A stretch of 52,623 nucleotides of DNA from positions 1-52,623 of IMG/VR virus record IMGVR_UViG_3300042923_001758, one strand, 5' to 3'. Every line of letters begins with the position of its first letter. The stretch's first letter is position 1. This stretch comes from a virus. Taxonomy: Duplodnaviria > Caudoviricetes. Below are positions 46,321-52,623 of the stretch, one piece after another. Below the pieces are notes generated by a model that ran no database searches, had not been told where the DNA came from, and worked only from the letters and a program-made list of their open reading frames with translations. The position numbers and the translations under genes are program-made.

Positions 46321-46465
46321 TAACAAAACCCCCTCTATGAATTATTTTTCTCGGCATGTACGTCGGGCATTTCGCGGAATTTATCTTAATCACATATCAA
46401 GCATTCAGCGAGCCTCAGCGTGGGGGCATGACACTCGAAATGGAGCCGTTTGGAGCTCTCTATAG

Positions 46466-46890
46466 CTTATCGCTACCTATCGCTTTTTACTCCTAATTTA
46501 CGGCTATTTATTAACGCCCGATACGTCTTATTTAATGAGTAATTCTACGGCTATATACTACGTATATCTAACGCTTTATTTAACGTCTATTTAACGGTCT
46601 GATTTAGCACTTTATTATCGCTATATTACCGTAATATTTAACGTCCTATTTAACGATATCACGCTCTATAGTCGTACAATAATTCCCTAATTAAACGCTC
46701 CTACGTACTGCGCTATACTAACGCTATCTAATCGTTATTTAATACGGTATTTACTGTTATTAAATAGATTAGAGTGTTATTATTTATAAGCGTAATAATT
46801 ACCCTCTTGATTTATCAAAGGGTATATTACGGCTTAACTCTTATATCTAACTAAGATCTTTTATCTTTAATACGTTTATCTAACGTTTTA
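46466..46890. repeat. Degenerate 11-12 bp tandem repeat array (TATYTAACG)
   Basis: Exact TATYTAACG at 46565, 46577, 46588, 46635, 46647 and 46877, plus many variants. Confidence 0.7.
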
Positions 46891-46910
46891 AGCTCTATCC
46901 CTTATCCCTT

Positions 46911-46946
46911 ACACTTATAAGACGCACAAGGGCTTTAAAAGACAAG
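46911..46946 (-). promoter_or_regulatory. Candidate late promoter (terS)
   Basis: Minus strand CTTGTCTT-N17-CTTATAAG. Confidence 0.55.
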
Positions 46947-47193
46947 TATTTTATAGATGTAATTTTAACCATACCCTTAAAGCCTTGATACTGTTAGGTT
47001 TTCATAAAACGACTCTACTTGTACCTTTTTCCGAGCAAACCTGTAAATTACTCACCTTTGGTATAAAAATTAGCGTGTAAATTACTCTCCAACGCAGAAA
47101 TTCCCACAATCCTAAGCCTGTGGGAACATAAATCATACTTTTCTATTTTCACCATAATTTCAACATGTATGGAGATGCTAACAGAAATATATA

Positions 47194-47343
47194 TTAGCCT
47201 TTACTTTTGTTTTTAATTGTATCTATTATAATTGGGGCTGCCACCATAACAGCTAAAGTGCCTATCTGTTTGATGATCTTACCAATCACATTACAAACTT
47301 TAACATACTTATAATTATTCTCATCTTTTTTTTCTTTATCCAC
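47194..47343 (-). CDS. Small amphipathic/hydrophobic peptide (49 aa)
   Basis: AGGAGG then GTG at 47343: MDKEKKDENNYKYVKVCNVIGKIIKQIGTLAVMVAAPIIIDTIKNKSKG. Confidence 0.55.
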   Translation of the reverse strand: MDKEKKDENNYKYVKVCNVIGKIIKQIGTLAVMVAAPIIIDTIKNKSKG

Positions 47344-47356
47344 AATGAACGCCTCC

Positions 47357-48319
47357 TTACAAAATTTCCTCTCCAGTAAACTCCATTTCAATATTTTTAA
47401 GAGAATCAAAAGTTCTATATTCTTTTATCGTATCTATAGCATCTTTATATATATTAAAAGTAAAAGCATCTTTTTCGCCAAGCCACTTATTTATTTCTCT
47501 TTCAATAAATAAATTATTAATATCTACTTTTATTAGTGTATCCGTTATATCTTTGATATTAATATGTTCTCCTAATAAATCAAAGGCCATTATTTGATAG
47601 TAAGTAGCTTCTAAAATTACCTGCATATTTTTTTGCACTATAACTGCGTGAGCATTCATCTTCTCGAAATCCAAAGCTCCTATTAATGAATAAATTAATT
47701 TTATAAACTCCGTTTTTGGTACCTCTTGGAATTCACTAAAATACCCAAGTGTTTCATTAATTATTTTTCTTCTTCCTTGGTTCAAGTCGTTGATTGCACT
47801 ACTTAAAAGTTGTTGTCTTGCATTTTCATTCTTAACTAAAAATGCTTGCTGTATAGTATCTTGAGCCCCTTCAATTATACTAATCCTATCATTATGTTGT
47901 CCCTTTAAGATCAATTCAACTTTTTTATCAACTTGCTCTAATTGTTCAGAAAACTCCTGGAGTTTATTTTGCAATAACATATCATTAAATATAGGGTATG
48001 TTTCTTTAGGCATGGGAACTAAACGGGCTTGTTTTCTAATCCTTCCTTGTGCATCTTTTAAAGATGGCAAAATTTTACCATCTTTATCTGCCCATAAGGA
48101 TAATCCCTCTCCAGTAACTTCAAATACAGCTTTATACTCTTGTTTGCTTGTCAATTGTTTCTTCATTTGTTGTATCTGTGGTAGATAAGATACCACCTCG
48201 AGAATCCTGCCTCTTCGCTCTTTAAATGTTTGTGTATACCTTTTTTCAATATCTTGAGTATTAATGTTTCTTATAACTGGCTTATAATCTGCTTTTATTA
48301 CTTGTATTTCTTCATCCAC
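47357..48319 (-). CDS. Helical/coiled-coil hypothetical protein, candidate defence gene
   Basis: 320 aa; 'LQEFSEQLEQVDKKVELILKGQHNDRI'; AT-rich cassette. Confidence 0.7.
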   Translation of the reverse strand: MDEEIQVIKADYKPVIRNINTQDIEKRYTQTFKERRGRILEVVSYLPQIQQMKKQLTSKQEYKAVFEVTGEGLSLWADKDGKILPSLKDAQGRIRKQARLVPMPKETYPIFNDMLLQNKLQEFSEQLEQVDKKVELILKGQHNDRISIIEGAQDTIQQAFLVKNENARQQLLSSAINDLNQGRRKIINETLGYFSEFQEVPKTEFIKLIYSLIGALDFEKMNAHAVIVQKNMQVILEATYYQIMAFDLLGEHINIKDITDTLIKVDINNLFIEREINKWLGEKDAFTFNIYKDAIDTIKEYRTFDSLKNIEMEFTGEEIL

Positions 48320-48435
48320 TGTATCTTGCTCCCTAAACTATGTCTATTTGTCTAATAAAAAGAGGCTATAATTGACTCAGATATAATTACAAGAAAATCT
48401 CACTTCAAATAAATATATATCCCTTAAATATATGT

Positions 48436-50379
48436 CTATTTAAAATATTGATTGTACTTTTTCTGTATATATTCAAAGCCCTGCATTTTATCTTCCATTC
48501 GATAAGATAATTTTTCTCTTAAAAAGTTATATTTCATTTTGTTAGCTAATATTAAATCGCTCCATCTCAAAACACTTATTACTATATTTCCATCTTTTGA
48601 TTCGTAATAATCACCTTGGTTTTTTTGGTTAGATTCTTGCAATTTGAAGCTAATGAATTCATCATAGTCTTTTGCTATTAAGATAAACCTCCATTTCGTT
48701 TTTTCTTTTGGAAACAACTTGTTTCCTGCGATTTTATAAGCATAATCCTCAATCTGATCTAACTCTACTTTTGAAAGTGTACATGAAGGTCGTTTTAACT
48801 CTATAACCAAGTTTTCTACTGTTTCTTCACGATTGGGATACTGTTGCCATAAACAAATGTCAGGAATACGAGTTAAATCTTCAATTGCTTCCTTTGGAAT
48901 ATCTGGAATCAAATCCTCTCTCCCTAACGCCTTTATATATTCTTTTAAAACATTTTTAAGGGAAACATCATCAACGCCGTAGGTATACTTTTCTCCAAAA
49001 ACCCATAACTCATTTAACAATATTTTATGAAATTGAGTACGTTCTTTAATCGGCTTGCTTATACTCTTGTCATATACCATATTCTCTAATCCATTTAAAA
49101 ATAATAATCTGTCAGATATTACTTTGGATGTATTAATTATAGCCGGTAAGGTTGTAAAACTTAATAACTCAACTAATTCATCTTGTTGTTCCTTTGATAA
49201 AGAAAATACTTCTGTTAAAATTTTAGTGACATTATCAGGACTACTTTTTAGAGCTTCTTTTATAAGCCTATAAGTTAATTTTTTTGACTCTTTATTAGCA
49301 CTTTTTATTTTAGGTGAGTACCTATTTATTTCTACAGCCAAAATATCAAAAATTTGCCTTTCTACTTTATCTATTTGGTCTTTCGGTTCACCCTCATAAG
49401 GATAGACTTGCTCGTTTTTTAAAACCTTAATTTGCTCAGTTGCTGTACGCGAAATTTCTTCTCTCATATATTCATTTATAAGTTCATTTACTTTTTCTAT
49501 AATTTCTCCATATCCGGGATTTAAAAGGGTTAGTGTATTACTCTTATGCAATTCATCAAAATACGCAGACATTATATAGGTAGAAATAGGGATAGCTTTA
49601 GAACAATTTAACGGCATTTCATCATAGACTACTCCACTTTCTCCGCATATATAAAGCTTTCGTTCAAAGGAAGAGTTCCATTGTATAATAAGTGCTTTAC
49701 AATAGTACTTTTTTTGCATGTAATCATATTCAATAATCTTTTCTTGCTTTTTCTCAATGTGATCATCTGGATTCAATATATTTTGATTATAATTTATAAC
49801 CAGCTCCTTATAAGCTAATAAATAAGGAGCAAATGTTGCAAGTAGATCTTGTTTTATCTCTTCTTCTTTTAATAAAACATTCGCTTTCTTTGCATCTACA
49901 TTTTCGATTCTAACAATTACTCCTGTTTCAGCTGAACTACTTTTAGCAGCAGTGGTTAAATCAAATTTCTTTAAATCATTAGAGCCACATAAGATATCAA
50001 ATTCTAATATCTCACCATTTGATGTATATTTACTATGCCATGTTATCTTATCTCCCAACGAAAAACCTTTATATCTACCTTGACCTAATTTACCGTGATA
50101 GATTCTCCCTTTAGGACTTGTTTGTGCATATGATTTTTGTGATTTTCCCAGGTTCCCAAATAAATTTTCAACATTATCATAGTCAATTCCATGACCGTTA
50201 TCTTCAACCCAAATACGTTCTATTGAATCTAACTCATTCACATCATATTTAATATTTATTTTGCTTGCATCTGCATCACAAGAGTTCCACACTAACTCCT
50301 TTAAAGCTTTCTTTGGGGCTTCTTGTGCGATTCTTGAAACAAGTTCTGGCGTTAGTTTAACTTCTATGCTCTTTCCCAT
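48436..50379 (-). CDS. GHKL (Hsp90/MutL/MORC-like) ATPase fused to C-terminal PD-(D/E)XK nuclease-like domain
   Basis: 'ELVWNSCDADA', 'VEDNGHG', 'GKLGQGR', 'TGV.V'; C-terminal 'IPDICL...VIELKRP...QIEDY'. Confidence 0.8.
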   Translation of the reverse strand: MGKSIEVKLTPELVSRIAQEAPKKALKELVWNSCDADASKINIKYDVNELDSIERIWVEDNGHGIDYDNVENLFGNLGKSQKSYAQTSPKGRIYHGKLGQGRYKGFSLGDKITWHSKYTSNGEILEFDILCGSNDLKKFDLTTAAKSSSAETGVIVRIENVDAKKANVLLKEEEIKQDLLATFAPYLLAYKELVINYNQNILNPDDHIEKKQEKIIEYDYMQKKYYCKALIIQWNSSFERKLYICGESGVVYDEMPLNCSKAIPISTYIMSAYFDELHKSNTLTLLNPGYGEIIEKVNELINEYMREEISRTATEQIKVLKNEQVYPYEGEPKDQIDKVERQIFDILAVEINRYSPKIKSANKESKKLTYRLIKEALKSSPDNVTKILTEVFSLSKEQQDELVELLSFTTLPAIINTSKVISDRLLFLNGLENMVYDKSISKPIKERTQFHKILLNELWVFGEKYTYGVDDVSLKNVLKEYIKALGREDLIPDIPKEAIEDLTRIPDICLWQQYPNREETVENLVIELKRPSCTLSKVELDQIEDYAYKIAGNKLFPKEKTKWRFILIAKDYDEFISFKLQESNQKNQGDYYESKDGNIVISVLRWSDLILANKMKYNFLREKLSYRMEDKMQGFEYIQKKYNQYFK

Positions 50380-50712
50380 CCTCTCACCCCTAACAGTTAA
50401 AAAATTAGGGCATAATAATATTATTATACCCTCTATCTATTTATTTAATTCTAATACATTTGAATATTCCATGCAATTATTTTTATCTTTATATTTCATT
50501 ATTACCTCGTTTTAAAATTCAATAAAGGCATTTTTTCTAATAATTTCTACCTTATCACTAATACATTAAATATTTTAATATAAAAAACTCTAGCAATTTA
50601 TTTTTTAATGTATTTACGTACAAACTTGATTATTTCAATAATCTAATACTCTCCTACCCATAGATCTGCTCAAATATAGCACACTATAACTTAATATTTA
50701 AATTTTATTTTC

Positions 50713-50746
50713 ATGTAACAATTAACCTCTCCTTTTACTAAATCCT
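50713..50746 (+). promoter_or_regulatory. Phage-specific promoter copy 8 (small gene plus integrase)
   Basis: Plus strand ATGTAACAATTAACCTCTCCTTTTACTAAATCCT. Confidence 0.7.
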
Positions 50747-50783
50747 TGTGTGATTAAATATATAATTTAGAGGGGACGTTGAA

Positions 50784-50978
50784 ATGATCAAATATGAGTT
50801 TAAGAATAATAAATTAATACACATTGCAAATATCAGTTATGAGAACGCAGACGAATTAATAACAGAATTACTACTATTAAAAATGCTGAAAACTAAAGAA
50901 TTAATTACTCAAAGCGAATATGATAAAACTATAACTTTACTGAAAAGAGAAAAAACACTTAACATAAAAATAAATTGA
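50784..50978 (+). CDS. Small SHOCT-like protein, candidate recombination directionality factor
   Basis: 'LKMLKTKELITQSEYDK'; AGAGGGG RBS; directly upstream of the integrase. Confidence 0.6.
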   Translation: MIKYEFKNNKLIHIANISYENADELITELLLLKMLKTKELITQSEYDKTITLLKREKTLNIKIN

Positions 50979-51003
50979 CTCTCGTTATATGTATTAGTAA
51001 AAT
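50975..51003 (+). promoter_or_regulatory. sigmaA promoter of integrase (TTGACT-17-TAAAAT)
   Basis: TTGACT 50975-50980, TAAAAT 50998-51003. Confidence 0.7.
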
Positions 51004-51045
51004 AATGGTATAGGACACAAACTGAAGCTAGAAAGGACTAGAATT

Positions 51046-52623
51046 ATGAACGTAGTATATTATGCAAGGGTATCCACGGAAGAAGAAGGGCAGCTTAATG
51101 CACTCAAAGCACAGATAGAAATGATTGAAGAACACATCGACTCACAGCCTGATTGGTATTTAGTAGATCGTTACGTAGACGAGGGCAAAAGCGCCACTAC
51201 GACCAAAGGCCGATTTGAGTATAATAGATTATATGAGGATTTATCAACTGATAAATTCGATATAGTTATCATTAAAGATGAAACAAGATTAAATCGAAAT
51301 CCTCTAAACTGGTATCAATTTATTGATAGACTTGTAACAAATGAGAAAAAATTATTCTTCTTAAGTGATAAGACCTTCTATAAGTCTGATAACGAATTAC
51401 TCATGGGAATGAAAGCAATAGTGGCGAGACAATACTCTAGAGATCTATCCGTTAAGATTAATAATTCGCAAAAACAGCGTATGAAAAAAGGTCGGGTAAT
51501 AACTAATGGACGAATGTGGGGATATGATCAAATTGATGGGCAGTTAGTTATAAACGAAAAAGAGGCTGAAATTGTTAGGTACGTTTTCCAGCGTTGCGTT
51601 GACGGTTTAGGTACTAGAAAAATTATACAAGAATTAGAGGCAAAAGGCATAAAGAACTTAAATGGTAATATGTTCTCCGCCACTACCTTAAAGAGAATGA
51701 TAAAGAACGAGAAATATAAAGGTGTACTTGTTTGTGGCAAAAGGCATAAAGATTTTGATACAAAAAAAGTGTCCACTGTCCCCGAAAGTGAATGGGTTAT
51801 CCATGATGAAGGTGTTCCTGCTATTATATCAGAAGAATTATGGCAGCAAGCAAATAACGCACATGCTAGCCGTAGAGCAAAGCATAGCACAACACATGGA
51901 CATATTACGTCAGAAAAGATAGCGGGCTATTATAGGGGTTCTCATACGTACAGTGGGCTCATTGAATGTGGCAAGTGTGGACGTTCGTATTGGCATCAGA
52001 TATATTCCACAAGTAAACGTGAGGCATGGCAGTGTAGCGGATATCGTACATTCGGTAAAAATTCGGAGTTTGGCTGCGATAATCCTCATGTTTTTGATGA
52101 AACTCTTGATAATATAGTTAAAGAAGCTATAATCTTCTTTCTAAAAAATAAAGAGACAAATATTCAAAAAGTTATTGCCCTCTTAAATCAGACCTTAGAA
52201 AATGATAATTTTGACAATGACATAAGTAGATTAAACCGTGAATATATTAAAATAGATGCTAAAAAAGATAAGCTAATTGATTTATTTTCAGAAGGATTAC
52301 TAAGCAAAGAAGAATTTAGAAGAAAAAAAGAAAGTTTGGATAATGAATCCCTTTCAATTACAAACCTTATAGCGGAGTATGAAAATAAGAATAAAAATTT
52401 AAAGGATAAAAAGCAGCGGCTTTTAAAGATCCAAAATTTAGCTCAAATACAGATAAGAAATAAAGATGAAATTACTGATGAAATGATTAAGGATTCAGTA
52501 AACAAAATAATCGTTCATAACAATGAGGAGATTACCGTAATTTTAAACGGTAATTTCCAAATTCAATCACAAAAAATAATCAATGATAAGTATACATATG
52601 CAGACGTGGCCACTACTAGATAG
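51046..52623 (+). CDS. Large serine recombinase (prophage integrase)
   Basis: 'YARVST', 'DETRLNRN', recombinase domain, zinc ribbon 'CGKCG...WQC...C', coiled coil. Confidence 0.95.
   Translation: MNVVYYARVSTEEEGQLNALKAQIEMIEEHIDSQPDWYLVDRYVDEGKSATTTKGRFEYNRLYEDLSTDKFDIVIIKDETRLNRNPLNWYQFIDRLVTNEKKLFFLSDKTFYKSDNELLMGMKAIVARQYSRDLSVKINNSQKQRMKKGRVITNGRMWGYDQIDGQLVINEKEAEIVRYVFQRCVDGLGTRKIIQELEAKGIKNLNGNMFSATTLKRMIKNEKYKGVLVCGKRHKDFDTKKVSTVPESEWVIHDEGVPAIISEELWQQANNAHASRRAKHSTTHGHITSEKIAGYYRGSHTYSGLIECGKCGRSYWHQIYSTSKREAWQCSGYRTFGKNSEFGCDNPHVFDETLDNIVKEAIIFFLKNKETNIQKVIALLNQTLENDNFDNDISRLNREYIKIDAKKDKLIDLFSEGLLSKEEFRRKKESLDNESLSITNLIAEYENKNKNLKDKKQRLLKIQNLAQIQIRNKDEITDEMIKDSVNKIIVHNNEEITVILNGNFQIQSQKIINDKYTYADVATTR

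Larger units (their letters stand above)
1..52623. mobile_element. Temperate siphovirus-like prophage (boundaries probably extend beyond the window)
   Basis: Complete head, tail, lysis, replication and nucleotide-metabolism modules plus a large serine recombinase at the right end; no host housekeeping genes seen. Confidence 0.95.

Noticed and set aside
46466-46890. CRISPR array
   Set aside because: Units are about 11 bp, degenerate and have no 30-40 bp spacers; the Cas4-like gene is a normal phage exonuclease.
1041-51922. Many short antisense or nested ORFs in the track (e.g. 1041..1295, 28744..29211, 35328..35657, 37122..37496, 51528..51890)
   Set aside because: They overlap well-supported genes, show no recognisable motifs and look like shadow ORFs.
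52580-52623. att site at the integrase 3' end (GTGGCCAC palindrome)
   Set aside because: No partner site or interrupted host gene is visible in the window, so it cannot be supported.

Overview
The whole window is most of a temperate siphovirus-type prophage of a low-GC Firmicute (probably clostridial), read almost entirely on the minus strand. The large serine integrase is at the right edge, and no att site or host gene is visible. From left to right it holds: anti-defence/early genes (ArdA-like); an orphan MazF/PemK-like gene; a candidate late-regulator pair; dNMP kinase; a divergent XRE repressor; ThyX, dUTPase and class II RNR; RuvC, a Cas4-like exonuclease, PolA and SSB; a phage sigma factor; primase, helicase, loader and initiator; lysis; tail; head; and TerL. 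An accessory island between terL and terS carries a resolvase, a DUF5050 protein and a CglI/NgoAVII-like R-M system. After terS come a second candidate defence cassette (GHKL ATPase-nuclease plus two unknown genes) and the integrase. The most novel signal is non-coding and suggests a three-tier regulatory circuit. (1) An 18-bp operator (WWTAC-N7-MGTAWW-like, about 10 copies) lies over host sigmaA promoters. (2) Eight copies of a phage-specific promoter GTAAC-N15/16-TACTAA(A/T)T are present, one in front of the phage sigma gene itself. (3) Four late promoters are present, three directly followed by terminator-like hairpins. An operator-gated, roughly 350-450 nt, highly structured, probably pseudoknotted RNA (14500-14950) sits between tier 1 and the sigma gene. 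All calls were made by eye; no database searches were run.
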